A DNA stretch of 64,000 nucleotides from a bacterium. GTDB taxonomy: Bacteria > Patescibacteriota > Microgenomatia > Woykebacterales > RBG-16-39-9b. The notes under the pieces are model-generated. The model worked only from the letters and a program-made list of their open reading frames with translations. It had not been told where the DNA came from and did no database searches. The stretch is taken from contig JAUYID010000009.1 of NCBI GenBank assembly GCA_030704665.1, positions 793,702 through 857,701 on the forward strand, in the 5' to 3' direction. Shown here piece by piece: positions 8,962-18,887 of this stretch; the stretch's first letter is position 1; every line of letters begins with the position of its first letter. The position numbers and the translations under genes are program-made.

Positions 8962-10236
8962 TCAGGGGCTGATAACGAGATAAAAATCAGAGACATTTGA
9001 CTCCAGTAATCCAGTCTCAAGACTGTCCCCTAGTCTTTGGAAAAATTCAAAAGAATCGGCTCGGGCAAGAAACTCATCCGGGTTCAATCCTAAGTCCTCA
9101 GCTCGTTTTAACGAAGTTTCATCTCCGACTGCTCCGGCAGAATCAGAGTGATCGTGACCATCGCTTGCTGCCGCAATGATGACTTGGCCCTCTTTAATAT
9201 TTTTTAGGTTAGCCAAAACTAGATGTTGGTTGCGTCCTCCCACTCCGGCAGCAGCCACTTCAACACTACTCTCACCACTAGCCAGTAGTACTTCTCCGGC
9301 TTGAGCGCTGTTAAGTAATTTCAAGCCTAATTCCCCTGCTTCACCCTCCAAATCCGTTCCCAAAATTTTTATTTTCCAACCTAGTTCCCCGGCCTTGCGG
9401 GCCATCGCGCCGACGACACTGGCCGGGTCTTGCATGATTATGTTGCTGACTTTCTCAAAATACTTTTCTTCTTTTGGTGTTTCGGAAAATTCCAGTCCCT
9501 CCAATTTCAATTTATCCCAGACCCCGCGTTTTTTTAATATCTTTTCTGCTTCCTCAGAAGTCGACTGATCCAAAACCGTGGCTCCCGAAGCAATAGTAGA
9601 AAGATCGTTCCCCGGTACATCGGAAAAAATCAAAGAGACTATTTTTGCTCGGTAAGCAAGTTTAGCCAGTCGACCTCCCTTTATCTCCGAGAGGTGTTTT
9701 CTGACGACATTGAGCTGCCGGATATCAGCTTCTGCCTCCATCAAGGCTTTTGAGATCTCGGCTTTTCTCTCAACTGAAATTTTGTAAGGAGCAGTCATCA
9801 GAGCTGATCCTCCCCCAGCAATAACAAAAAGGACTAGGCTTTTTTCATTACTTTCTTTGAGTAGTTGAATGATTTTCTCGGTTGCGGCTACATTTTTTTC
9901 ACTCGGTTCGGGATGAGTTCCAGCGAAAGGTTGAACTTTCTTTAGCGCACCGACCCGGACATCAATAACTACCCCATCCTTCAATCTGTCTTCAAGTAAA
10001 TTTTCTAGTTCGACCACCGCGTCAAAAGAACCTTTGCCAATACCGAATAAATAAATATATTCTTAATCGTTTAAATTGAGGGTCTCGCTTTTTATCTTGA
10101 GTAAGTCTCCCTCCAACCGCACGTTTTTTTTGATGACGTCTTTGGTCCGAACTCCTTCGAAACCTGCTTCGATGATTTCCAGTGCAGTTTTTCGGATCCG
10201 AGTAGTGGCCAAAGAAGAAAAGTTTTTGATAATCAT
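8962..10236 (-). pseudogene. glycerate 2-kinase (MOFRL family) interrupted by a single in-frame TAA at 10063-10065
   Basis: The N-terminal piece ends ...LRLEGDLLKIKSETLNLND then TAA, and continues in the same frame EYIYLFGIGKGSFDAVVELENLL through the MOFRL body to ...YLVISP. I checked frame continuity by hand. Confidence 0.65.
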
Positions 10237-10250
10237 TTTCCGGCTAAAAA

Positions 10251-10574
10251 CTAAAAAAACTTGCTCACTTCGAAGTTTATTTTTCCGACGATTGGCACCC
10301 GCTTTTTGCGCCCCCTTAGCGAAGAATACATACCATAAACCCAAAGAATAAAGAAGGAGAAATAGATCATTGTCGCAAAAATACTTCGGAAAGGGTCTGG
10401 GAAAAGTCGAACCGTTATCAAAGCCAAAGCCCCGCTACCGATCAGCAAAAAGGACTGATTACCATAAAAAACAGCATAGTCAGATTTTTTGGCTAGAGCA
10501 AAAGGAAGGAAAAAAAGTACCCAAGCGGAAAAAGCAATAATTTTCTCTTTGGTCGTCGGTTTTTCCTGTTCCAT
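10251..10574 (-). CDS. small hypothetical membrane protein
   Basis: 107 aa with 3 TM helices. Confidence 0.4.
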   Translation of the reverse strand: MEQEKPTTKEKIIAFSAWVLFFLPFALAKKSDYAVFYGNQSFLLIGSGALALITVRLFPDPFRSIFATMIYFSFFILWVYGMYSSLRGRKKRVPIVGKINFEVSKFF

Positions 10575-10620
10575 TCTTTGGTTTTAAGTTTAGTTGAAGA
10601 GAGAGTCAATTACAATTGGA

Positions 10621-10923
10621 TCAAAAGGTAGCGGCGTCGGAATCGTTGGCTTTCAGGTCTGTTTCAGCACTATCAAGGTCAGTAGTATCCAAAGTGTTCA
10701 AAGCTTTGTCGAGATCGGCGCTGGAATTGACCGTCGGAACTGCACTTGAAGTCGATGTTGGGGTGTTGGTTGATTTAGCTGGTTGGTTGTAAACAAAGAA
10801 GTAATAAACCACAGCAGCGAGCAAAAGTACCGCTACTAGCAAACCAAGTAGCAAGGCAGTCTTGTTGTTTGTTTTTTTTGGTTCTGCGCTCACTGTCGGC
10901 TTCTGAACTTGATTTTCGTCCAT
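10621..10923 (-). CDS. hypothetical membrane-anchored protein
   Basis: 100 aa with a single TM helix and an S/T-rich extracellular tail. Confidence 0.4.
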   Translation of the reverse strand: MDENQVQKPTVSAEPKKTNNKTALLLGLLVAVLLLAAVVYYFFVYNQPAKSTNTPTSTSSAVPTVNSSADLDKALNTLDTTDLDSAETDLKANDSDAATF

Positions 10924-10925
10924 GG

Positions 10926-11555
10926 TTAGTTAGAACTTTCTGCTGAGCTAGTTGCTTCTTTTTCAGCTTTTCCAATTGCACTCTTAACCCCAACGATAAG
11001 ATCCCTGATTGATCTGCGGTAGCTCTTGAGTGCTTTGACCCCGGCACGAAAGTCATCTTTGAAATTTTGAATTTGTCCTTTGGGATCAGTACCACTGCAG
11101 TCCAAACTTTCAGCAGATTGGCTTGCCGCGTCCAGTGCAGTTTGGGCGAGAGCCTTTTTCTCGGTAATAGTGTTTTTTAGATCATCATAGTTGGGAACGG
11201 TGATCCCTCTAGGTAAGACTTTGTCGGTGTAAAAGGTTTCAACCCGAGTCGCGATCAAGCCAAAAATTTCAAACTGCCTCTCGGCCCGCTTGACTAGTCT
11301 CTCCGAGCGGTTGATGATAATATTTTTTCTGGTTTCACAAACTCTGAGTTTGACCGCGTCAAGTTTTTCTTTGTGACGGGCCGAGCGAGTGGCGATACGG
11401 TCTTCCCGTTCTTGTTCAAACTCCTTGATCCTACGCTCAATCCTATCTTTTAGGTCGTGATCCTCAGGATCGTCTTTCCCTTCCTTGGCAAAAACAGGAG
11501 TAAGTGAAGTAACTACAAACAGTGAAGAGGTGAGGAGGAAAAGAAACTTTCTCAT
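10926..11555 (-). CDS. hypothetical secreted coiled-coil protein
   Basis: 209 aa with a signal peptide (MRKFLFLLTSSLFVVTSLTPVFA) and a charged helical body. Confidence 0.5.
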   Translation of the reverse strand: MRKFLFLLTSSLFVVTSLTPVFAKEGKDDPEDHDLKDRIERRIKEFEQEREDRIATRSARHKEKLDAVKLRVCETRKNIIINRSERLVKRAERQFEIFGLIATRVETFYTDKVLPRGITVPNYDDLKNTITEKKALAQTALDAASQSAESLDCSGTDPKGQIQNFKDDFRAGVKALKSYRRSIRDLIVGVKSAIGKAEKEATSSAESSN

Positions 11556-11631
11556 TGATAATCACTCTATCTCATTTGGCAAATTTTGTCAAAAAGAGCT
11601 TTCTTAAGAAGAGTTGAAAGGCGTCGGCAGA

Positions 11632-12198
11632 TTAACGTGACTTTACATTCATATACCTACGCAAACAAAGGAAGGTCATCCCAAATTCAAAAATAACTAA
11701 ATATAACGGGTACAAGTAGCCGGATAACTGAGATTTATCCGCGCCCAAAAAAGCAAGGGCCGAAGCTACCGCAAAAAACAACCAAAACAAAATATCCTCA
11801 TCCTTCGGGTCTTCAAAAACCTTTTTGTAGGTAGGAATTCCACCAATGAAGTGGGCGAGCAAACCAATTGATAAATTTAAAAGTGGGAGTTTTGTAAACA
11901 ACCAAATGCCTAAACTAATAATTAATAAAAGGCTAGCAATAAGTTCCGTCGGACCAAATGTTTTTTTAGATTTTCTCAAGGACAAAATAAGTACGATAGA
12001 ACTACCGAAAAGTCCCAATCCAGCCAACAATATTACTGAAAAACTGTTTTTCAAAGCAACAACACTGGCAAAGGCATTGACAGATAAAAGTAACCAAACA
12101 ACTCTACTGTAGATACTCGGATAGTATTTGTTCTGAAAAATTGATTTTATGCCAACGTAGTAAGAAGCAGCTACAAACAAACCTATGAGAAAGTTCAT
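11632..12198 (-). CDS. hypothetical integral membrane protein
   Basis: 188 aa with 5-6 TM helices. Confidence 0.5.
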   Translation of the reverse strand: MNFLIGLFVAASYYVGIKSIFQNKYYPSIYSRVVWLLLSVNAFASVVALKNSFSVILLAGLGLFGSSIVLILSLRKSKKTFGPTELIASLLLIISLGIWLFTKLPLLNLSIGLLAHFIGGIPTYKKVFEDPKDEDILFWLFFAVASALAFLGADKSQLSGYLYPLYLVIFEFGMTFLCLRRYMNVKSR

Positions 12199-12241
12199 AA
12201 ACTTAGTATATCAGCTGCGGTTGGGGAGTGAATTATTGATT

Positions 12242-12315
12242 TGGCTCGGGGGCAGGGATTCGAACCCCGATAAGCAGATCCAGAATCTGCTGTCCTACCG
12301 TTAGACGACCCCCGA
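12242..12315 (-). tRNA. tRNA-Gln (anticodon CUG)
   Basis: Minus-strand sequence tcgggggtcgtctaacggtaggacagcagattctggatctgcttatcggggttcgaatccctgcccccgagcca. It has a 7-bp acceptor stem, anticodon stem gcaga/tctgc with loop ttCTGga, a GGTTCGAATCC T-arm and an encoded CCA. Confidence 0.8.
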
Positions 12316-12432
12316 AAGTGAATGTATTTTACCAGATTGCCACTCCAGCCTCAAATGCTTTAGAATTTATTTATCTTAAAATTTATTCGAAGAAATTGGA
12401 AAAAACTAATTGGGTTACTAGTAATTGCGCTT

Positions 12433-13284
12433 GTGCTTGGGTATTTAGCATTTTCTTTGTTTGCCGCCCATACTCTCACCAAACCACTGAGTCGTTATTT
12501 GGACAAGTCGCCAAAATTAATTTCCGAAAAATATGAGGATATAAATTTCACCACGGAAGATGGTTTAAAACTAACCGGCTGGCTTTTAAAGCCGCAAAAT
12601 CAAAGTGAAAAACTAATCATCTTTGTTTCTGGTCTACGGGGCAATCGTACTGATGAAGGCTACGACACGGTCAGAATTTCTCAAGAACTACTGGCCAAAG
12701 GCTATAATATTTTACTTTACGATCCTCGCGCTCGTGGAGACTCAAAGGGAACTCGCTACACTCTAGGCGACAAAGAAGCCAAGGATGTGGTTGCTGCAGT
12801 TGCCTTTGCCAAAAACCGTGGTTTTCTCCCGGAAAAAATTGGTTTGGTTGGCAATTCCACAGGAGCAATCAGTCTTCTGATGGCAATTGATAGAGTCAAC
12901 GATGTAGGGGCGGTTGTAATTGACAGCGCAGCTGCTCGTTTTGGCCCGATCATAACCTCTCGTCTTTGGGTTGAAACTCACGTTCCTTTTTTCTTTGAGC
13001 CAGGTATTTTCTTTTTTGCCAAGACTTTTTTTGGGGCAGATTTTGCCGCAATCAAACCGATCGAAAAAGTAAAACTTGTTCCTAGCCGAAAATTCCTCTA
13101 CCTTCACACCACCAACGACCACTCGGTTTTACCAAAAGAAAGCGAGGAACTCTTGGCCAGTTCCAACTCAGGTAGTAAACTTGTTCTCTTTCCCGACGGA
13201 GGACACATCGAAACTTACAAAAAGAACCCGGCTCTGTATCGAGACCAGGTTTACAAATTTTTGGACGAAGAGCTCGGCCCGTAG
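12433..13284 (+). CDS. alpha/beta-fold hydrolase (S9/dienelactone-hydrolase-like), N-terminal membrane anchor
   Basis: 283 aa with the GNSTGA nucleophile elbow (GxSxG) and downstream Asp/His (PDGGHIE). A GTG start is assumed, and an in-frame upstream hydrophobic stretch has no ATG. Confidence 0.65.
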   Translation: MLGYLAFSLFAAHTLTKPLSRYLDKSPKLISEKYEDINFTTEDGLKLTGWLLKPQNQSEKLIIFVSGLRGNRTDEGYDTVRISQELLAKGYNILLYDPRARGDSKGTRYTLGDKEAKDVVAAVAFAKNRGFLPEKIGLVGNSTGAISLLMAIDRVNDVGAVVIDSAAARFGPIITSRLWVETHVPFFFEPGIFFFAKTFFGADFAAIKPIEKVKLVPSRKFLYLHTTNDHSVLPKESEELLASSNSGSKLVLFPDGGHIETYKKNPALYRDQVYKFLDEELGP

Positions 13285-13297
13285 AAAATTGTTTTTT

Positions 13298-14542
13298 TTA
13301 ATAACTAGTCGTTGGGAAAATCAGAGTAAAAGTAGTTCCTTTTCTTCTAGCAGTCTTTACCTCCAAATCCCCTTTCATTGCCTTCATCAAACTCTTGGCT
13401 ACGTACAAGCCTAAACCCAAACCTTTGATTTCTTTGTCATTGGTTGCTTGGGTATAAAGTTTATCAAAAAGGTGTTTCTTTACTTCATCACTGATCCCCG
13501 CACCACTATCTTCAACGCTTAAGGTTAACCTGCTCAAACTGCGCTGCGAGCCAATTTTCACTCTGCCATACTCTGGGGTAAAACGCACCGCGTTCTCAAC
13601 CAAAATTGTCAGTATTTCGATCAAGCGCTCCGGATCAACTGAGACCTGATAGTTAGCTGGTACGGAAACTACCAAATCAATCTTCTTTTCTTTGGCATCA
13701 GTGGAGATTCCTTTGAGAGCGTCTTCAACTGTTTTTTTCACATTGATAGTCTGGATATAAAACCTGATTTTGCCAGTTTCCAAACGAGAAACTTCCAGCA
13801 GTAAGCTGACCAAATTTGCCAATTTGTTCGCTGTATAAAAAGCTTTTGAAAGTTTGGCATTAGCGGCAGCCTTCACCGAAGACTCATTTAGCAAAAGCTC
13901 AAGGTAACCCCGAATGGCGGTAATCGGACTACGCAACTCATGAGAGATGATGAAAACAAACTCATCTTTGAGCTTACTCACCTCTTCAAGTTGCTCAATC
14001 TTGACATCTTCTTCCTTCTTTTTTGAGTTCGAAACTTCAGAAGAAAGTAGTCTTCCGTAAGAAGCAACCAAACCTATTGCCCAAATATGGAACCCCAAAA
14101 CTGAAAGTACTTTTGGTCCGGCTGTTTCTAAATCAGCTAAACCCTGGATAGTGATAAAACTAAAAGCGCTAGCCACTATTCCGAAGGTAAAGGAAAGGGG
14201 CATGTTGGCTGCAACATTCAGAATAGGCAGGAAATAAAGAAAAAGAAAGTAGCCGTTCAAGCCACCCGTGAAGTTAACCACCAAAGAAATAGCAACGACA
14301 TCGACCACAGCCTCGATAAAATTTTTAGTTCGGCCGGTAAAATCTTTTGGGGTGAGACGATGCCAAACGACCGAAAAGGCAGCAGTGCTCAAGGCGATCA
14401 AAATAACAATTGGTCGGTTTATTTCAAACGGAAAGGGTAGCTGAATGATGATCAGTCCCATAATGACAGTAATATAGGTAAAGTACTCACCCAGTCTTTC
14501 CTGTCTTTTCAGATTTTCTTTCGAGATAGAGTCTTCTGTCAT
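13298..14542 (-). CDS. membrane sensor histidine kinase (HisKA + HATPase_c)
   Basis: 414 aa with about 6 N-terminal TM helices, an H-box FIISHELRSP and N/G boxes (LVENAVRF, GLGLGLYVAKSL). Confidence 0.8.
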   Translation of the reverse strand: MTEDSISKENLKRQERLGEYFTYITVIMGLIIIQLPFPFEINRPIVILIALSTAAFSVVWHRLTPKDFTGRTKNFIEAVVDVVAISLVVNFTGGLNGYFLFLYFLPILNVAANMPLSFTFGIVASAFSFITIQGLADLETAGPKVLSVLGFHIWAIGLVASYGRLLSSEVSNSKKKEEDVKIEQLEEVSKLKDEFVFIISHELRSPITAIRGYLELLLNESSVKAAANAKLSKAFYTANKLANLVSLLLEVSRLETGKIRFYIQTINVKKTVEDALKGISTDAKEKKIDLVVSVPANYQVSVDPERLIEILTILVENAVRFTPEYGRVKIGSQRSLSRLTLSVEDSGAGISDEVKKHLFDKLYTQATNDKEIKGLGLGLYVAKSLMKAMKGDLEVKTARRKGTTFTLIFPTTSY

Positions 14543-15808
14543 TTAAATTTTAATAGTGAATTTAAAGCTAGTCCCTTGATCAACCTCTGACTCAAACCAA
14601 ATTTTTCCTCCTTGTCTTTCAACTAATTGTTTGGTAATAAAAAGGCCAAGTCCAGTACCTTTGGGTTCAGCCCGATCGCCACGATCAACCCGGTAAAATT
14701 TTTCAAACAAGTGCTTTTGAGCTTCTTGGGGAATTCCAAAACCTTGATCTTGCACCTCTACTACGACCATACCTTCCTTTTTTTCTAGACTCACCTTGAC
14801 CTCTTTGCCCGGATAAGAGTACTTGATTGCGTTGTCGACCAAGTTGGCAATCACCTCGTGAAGTCGACCTGAATCGGCTTGAACAATAAGTTGGTTTTTT
14901 GGCGGCTCATAAATTAGCTTGATGTTTTTTTCGTGGGCGGGAAAAGTAAAGTCCGACATAGTTGAGGCGATAACTTGTCCCAAATCGACATCCTTGATCT
15001 CAAGATTTAGCTTGCCTGACTCAAGCCTCGAGAGATCGGAAAGATCACCCACCAAACTTGCCAAGCGGTCAGAATTTTCCTGGGTTTTTTGCAAAATGTC
15101 ATTTTGTTCTGCTTTGAAGTTTTTTGCTTCTTGAGCTAAATCCTTGAGGTACTCTTGGAGAAACCCAATCGGCTCTTTAAGTTTGTTGGAGATAATAAAA
15201 ACAAACTCATTTTTTACCTGATCAACAGCCTCAACTTTCTCCATTTTTGCTTCTTCTTCACGCCCCTTCGCCGCCTTTTCCTCCTGGAAAATAAGCCACC
15301 CGTAGCTGGTCGTCAAAAGCAATCCCCAAGTATGCAAAAACCCCATGCTAATACTTTTGCTTCCCAAACTAGGATCAGCACTTCCCAAAAAAGCTTCCAA
15401 GCCGATGAAAAATGTAGCCAAGACTACAACGGCAACTGTTTTCATCATGGTCATACTTGCCGCGGTCGTAATAGAAGCGACATAAAAAAGAAAAATCACT
15501 GCGCTCTGCGAACCTCGAGTGAAATGCACCACAACCTCAATGAAAAAGATGGTCAACAAGGCAAAAACAAAGTTTTTAGTTTCTCCGGAGAATTTTTTTG
15601 GTAGAAGCCGAAACCAGGCCACACTCAGCCCGGCAATGATGGCAATTGAGATATGAAGACTTCTTTGGTCAAATGTGAATTGGAAGGGTAAAAAGGAAAA
15701 AAAGAAACCGCCAACAATCGCTATGTAAGTAAAAATTTCTGCTAGAGCCTCAAAGTGCAGGTATTTTTCTTTCGCACTTTCCTCTATTCTCGCATCGGCA
15801 GTTTCCAT
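14543..15808 (-). CDS. membrane sensor histidine kinase (HisKA + HATPase_c)
   Basis: 421 aa, multi-TM, with H-box FIISNKLKEP, N-box LVDNAIKYS and G-box GTGLGLFITKQL. It lies immediately upstream of the other kinase and abuts it with no gap. Confidence 0.8.
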   Translation of the reverse strand: METADARIEESAKEKYLHFEALAEIFTYIAIVGGFFFSFLPFQFTFDQRSLHISIAIIAGLSVAWFRLLPKKFSGETKNFVFALLTIFFIEVVVHFTRGSQSAVIFLFYVASITTAASMTMMKTVAVVVLATFFIGLEAFLGSADPSLGSKSISMGFLHTWGLLLTTSYGWLIFQEEKAAKGREEEAKMEKVEAVDQVKNEFVFIISNKLKEPIGFLQEYLKDLAQEAKNFKAEQNDILQKTQENSDRLASLVGDLSDLSRLESGKLNLEIKDVDLGQVIASTMSDFTFPAHEKNIKLIYEPPKNQLIVQADSGRLHEVIANLVDNAIKYSYPGKEVKVSLEKKEGMVVVEVQDQGFGIPQEAQKHLFEKFYRVDRGDRAEPKGTGLGLFITKQLVERQGGKIWFESEVDQGTSFKFTIKI

Positions 15809-15835
15809 TCTTCCTTTATGTTAGCAGGAAAAGCC

Positions 15836-17254
15836 TTAATCAGAAAGCTTGGCTACTACCTGACCTAGTCTCGCTAAAGTTTTTTCTTTGCCAAGAGCTT
15901 CGAGAGTATCGAAAAGAGGCGGTGTTGCTCTACTTCCAGTGGCAGCAAGGCGAAGTGTCATAAACAAGTCACTATTTGACCAATCAATTTCTTTTTGCTT
16001 ATTTTTAATAGCTTCTTCAATTTTGTCTTTTTCCCATGAATTTAACTGCTTTAATGGTTTTTCAAAAATTTCCAAGACCTTCTTTGTCTCTTCCTTCGTT
16101 TTGCCCTTTTGCACAAGAAGATCAACAGCAATCTCGCTATCTTCAAAAAAGTAACTTACTAGTTGATCAAACTCGGACAGCTTCTTCATTCTCTCCTTGA
16201 CCAAAGGTAAAACCAATTTCATTTGTGCTTCTGAAAACTTGGTAAATTTTCCTTTTATTAACGTGCTTGCCAAGTCTGTTTCAGAAATTTTTCGGATATA
16301 CTCTCCGTTGAGCCAATCAAGTTTTTGGTTATCGAAAACTGGTCCCGCCGGGTCTACCCTTTTTAAATCCAGTTTTTCAACGAATTCCTCAAGACCAAAA
16401 ATCTCTTTCCCGTCTGGCATCGACCAGCCCATCAGAGCAAGAAAATTGCGTAGAGCTTCGGGCAAATAGCCTTGCTGCCGATACCAAAGAACTGAGACTG
16501 GGTTTTTCCTCTTTGAAAGTTTTGATTTATCTGGATTGCGCAGCAGAGGCAAATGAGCAAAAACCGGTAACTCCCAGCCAAAAGCTTGGTAGAGGAGGAC
16601 ATGTTTTGAGGTAGATGAAAGCCAGTCTTCCCCTCGAATCACGTCAGTGATCTCCATCAAGTGATCGTCGACCACGGCAGCAAGATGATAAGTGGGAAAA
16701 CCATCGGATTTCAACAAAACTTGATCATCAATGTCAGAGTTTTTGAAAGTGACTTTGCCCCGGATCAGATCTTCAAACGAAGTTTCTCCTTCTTTGGGAA
16801 CTTTGAGACGGACAACTGTTTTTGTAAGCTGCGTGGGAGGGTTTTCCCTGCACTTTCCGTCGTAATGAGGTACTTGTCCTCTGGATTGTTGTTCCTCCCG
16901 AACTTTTTGCAATCTTTCTGAGGAACAGTCACAATAAAAGGCTGCGCCTTTTTCCACCAGTTCTTGCGCATGTTTTTTGTAAATTGAAAGTCTTTCTGAT
17001 TGTTTGTAGGGCCCAAAGTCTCCTCCTTGTTTCGGACCTTCGTCGGCTTTGAGACCAAGCCAGTCGAGAGCTTCGTAAATTTCTTCTTCGGCTCCTTGAA
17101 CGAGTCTGGTCTGATCGGTATCTTCAATACGAACGATGAAATCTCCCTTGTTTTTTCGAGCAAAGGCGTAGTTGAACAGCGCCGTGTAGGCAGTACCAAT
17201 GTGAGGGTCTCCCGTCGGAGAAGGAGCGATTCGGACTCGAGTTTTCTTTGACAT
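15836..17254 (-). CDS. gltX: glutamyl-tRNA synthetase
   Basis: Has the class I HIGH motif (PSPTGDPHIGTAYTALFN) and KMSKS-like LSKRK. I placed the start at MSKKTRVRIAPSPTG, because the ORF-track start 40 codons upstream looks like an artefact. Confidence 0.85.
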   Translation of the reverse strand: MSKKTRVRIAPSPTGDPHIGTAYTALFNYAFARKNKGDFIVRIEDTDQTRLVQGAEEEIYEALDWLGLKADEGPKQGGDFGPYKQSERLSIYKKHAQELVEKGAAFYCDCSSERLQKVREEQQSRGQVPHYDGKCRENPPTQLTKTVVRLKVPKEGETSFEDLIRGKVTFKNSDIDDQVLLKSDGFPTYHLAAVVDDHLMEITDVIRGEDWLSSTSKHVLLYQAFGWELPVFAHLPLLRNPDKSKLSKRKNPVSVLWYRQQGYLPEALRNFLALMGWSMPDGKEIFGLEEFVEKLDLKRVDPAGPVFDNQKLDWLNGEYIRKISETDLASTLIKGKFTKFSEAQMKLVLPLVKERMKKLSEFDQLVSYFFEDSEIAVDLLVQKGKTKEETKKVLEIFEKPLKQLNSWEKDKIEEAIKNKQKEIDWSNSDLFMTLRLAATGSRATPPLFDTLEALGKEKTLARLGQVVAKLSD

Positions 17255-17343
17255 GAGACGATTATAGCTTCTCAAGTAAGTTTTAAACAAGTTGGGCCGA
17301 ACTTGAAGCTCGGAGTACCTTTCCGTTATACTAAAAAGAAGAG

Positions 17344-18432
17344 ATGAACCTGTCCCAAACCGCCATTGAAGCACGTTTGATCATCCGCTGGGCTCTGATC
17401 GCTATCGGAGGAATCATTTTTCTCTGGTTTGTTTTTATCACCACTCGGGCGATTGTTCGAGCTCTTTTGCCCAAAGAGCCCGTTCTTCCGACGGTAGCAT
17501 TTGGAAGGTTGCCGACCCCGCTTGCTACCAACGGTGCCATTTCGGGGGCCTCAATCGAAATTGACACTCCTGATGGCAGTCTTCCCTCTTTTCCCTCAAT
17601 GGTCAAGGTTTACGCAATACCCCAACCAAGTGGAAAAATCAATTCTTTGGATATCGCCAGCAAAAGAGCGGGCCAATATGGAATCAACGGCAATCCTAAG
17701 GCTCTTTCTTCTACTTTGTACCGCTGGCAAGACAAGGAAAGACCAGCACTCACTATCACTATCGATATCGTCACCGGTAATTTTAACTACAAATATGATT
17801 GGGTCGCAGATCCCAAAGTACTCCCCAAATCTTTTGACAAAGACGAGCTTCTCGCCGCTGGACCACGAGCACAAACCTTTCTTGGGCAGGGTTTTTCGGG
17901 CTTCAATGATTTTAAAGACGGTGAAGTAAAATCAAGCTATGTCCATATTTCCGGCTCAGAAAGAAGCACGGTTTCTAGCCCTTCGGAAGCGAATGCAGTT
18001 GAGGTCGATGTTTTCCGCAAAAAACTTGAGAGTAAATATTCCGTCGTCAGCTTCCACCCAACTCAATCTTTGATGAGAGTCTTGGTCGTTCCAGATGTAC
18101 CCAACAACAGTAGCGTTGATATACTCCAGGCCAGTTTTACTCATTGGGCAGTTGACTTTGACAATGGTTCGACCTACCCACTGAAAACTTCTTCGCAGGC
18201 TTTTGACGAGCTAAGGACGAATCGCGCTTATATTGTTTCAGGAAAACTGCAAGGTTTAGCTCGAGTAAAGGTAACTGATGTGCAACTTTCTTATTTAGAA
18301 ACAGAAAACTACTCTTCCTACTTACAGCCGATTTTTGTTTTCAAGGGCCAAGCACAATCCGGAAAAACCAAAGCTGATTTCATCGCCTATGTCCCCGCCG
18401 TCAGCTCCGATTGGCTACGATCAATTAACTAA
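17344..18432 (+). CDS. hypothetical membrane-anchored extracytoplasmic protein
   Basis: 362 aa with an N-terminal TM helix. No recognisable domain. Confidence 0.5.
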   Translation: MNLSQTAIEARLIIRWALIAIGGIIFLWFVFITTRAIVRALLPKEPVLPTVAFGRLPTPLATNGAISGASIEIDTPDGSLPSFPSMVKVYAIPQPSGKINSLDIASKRAGQYGINGNPKALSSTLYRWQDKERPALTITIDIVTGNFNYKYDWVADPKVLPKSFDKDELLAAGPRAQTFLGQGFSGFNDFKDGEVKSSYVHISGSERSTVSSPSEANAVEVDVFRKKLESKYSVVSFHPTQSLMRVLVVPDVPNNSSVDILQASFTHWAVDFDNGSTYPLKTSSQAFDELRTNRAYIVSGKLQGLARVKVTDVQLSYLETENYSSYLQPIFVFKGQAQSGKTKADFIAYVPAVSSDWLRSIN

Positions 18433-18436
18433 CTAT

Positions 18437-18880
18437 TTAGTCTTCCCTGATAAAATGAATTTTTAAAGCTAGTTTTTTTGCTGTTTTGTACTCGTCGGTA
18501 GCGCCTTTTGATTCTTGCCACCTTGGAGTCATAAAAATATGTGATACCCAACCACTATTTAGAATTTGCCTCCAAAAATCCTCAAAACTTTCAGCTGGGA
18601 GCTCAAAAGCATTGAGACGGGCAAAAACTTCGTTTGAGAAGACATCAACTGCTGAAAAAATTGGAAATTCTCTTTGTGCACGAACTTTGGCAGTGTAACC
18701 ATCGAGAACCTCAATGTTTTTCTGAATTTTATCTGGTCCATCCGAAGTAATAATTCCTGAAACATAGCCAATAGACTTTTTCTTCCCATCCCCAGCAACG
18801 TGAAAGGCCTTGAAAACACCCTCTAAAACTTCTGCCAGGGTGCTTGCCTCTTTCACATGTTCTTGCAGCAACTCGGTCAT
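18437..18880 (-). CDS. hypothetical protein, possibly nucleoside 2-deoxyribosyltransferase-like (DUF4406-like) fold
   Basis: 147 aa. KSIGYVSGIITSDGPD resembles the N-terminal motif of NDT-like/DUF4406 proteins. The match is weak. Confidence 0.35.
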   Translation of the reverse strand: MTELLQEHVKEASTLAEVLEGVFKAFHVAGDGKKKSIGYVSGIITSDGPDKIQKNIEVLDGYTAKVRAQREFPIFSAVDVFSNEVFARLNAFELPAESFEDFWRQILNSGWVSHIFMTPRWQESKGATDEYKTAKKLALKIHFIRED

Positions 18881-18887
18881 AAACTAG

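Noticed and set aside
10063-10065. The in-frame TAA in the glycerate kinase gene as evidence of stop-codon reassignment
   Set aside because: Dozens of other genes in the window terminate normally, and large ORFs contain no internal TAA. Known CPR recoding is UGA to Gly, not UAA.
10775-11095. Minus ORF 10775-11095 overlapping two adjacent genes
   Set aside because: It is out of frame relative to the better-supported 10621-10923 and 10926-11555 ORFs and has low-complexity content.
12318-12536. ORF 12318-12536 upstream of and overlapping the alpha/beta hydrolase
   Set aside because: It is in a different frame and has no homology. The hydrolase frame continues through this region and most likely starts at GTG 12433.
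15836-17374. ORF-track 40-codon N-terminal extension of gltX (MLQWRFGTGSSLL...)
   Set aside because: GluRS homologs begin a few residues before the HIGH motif, and MSKKTRVRIAPSPTG at 17254 is the natural start.
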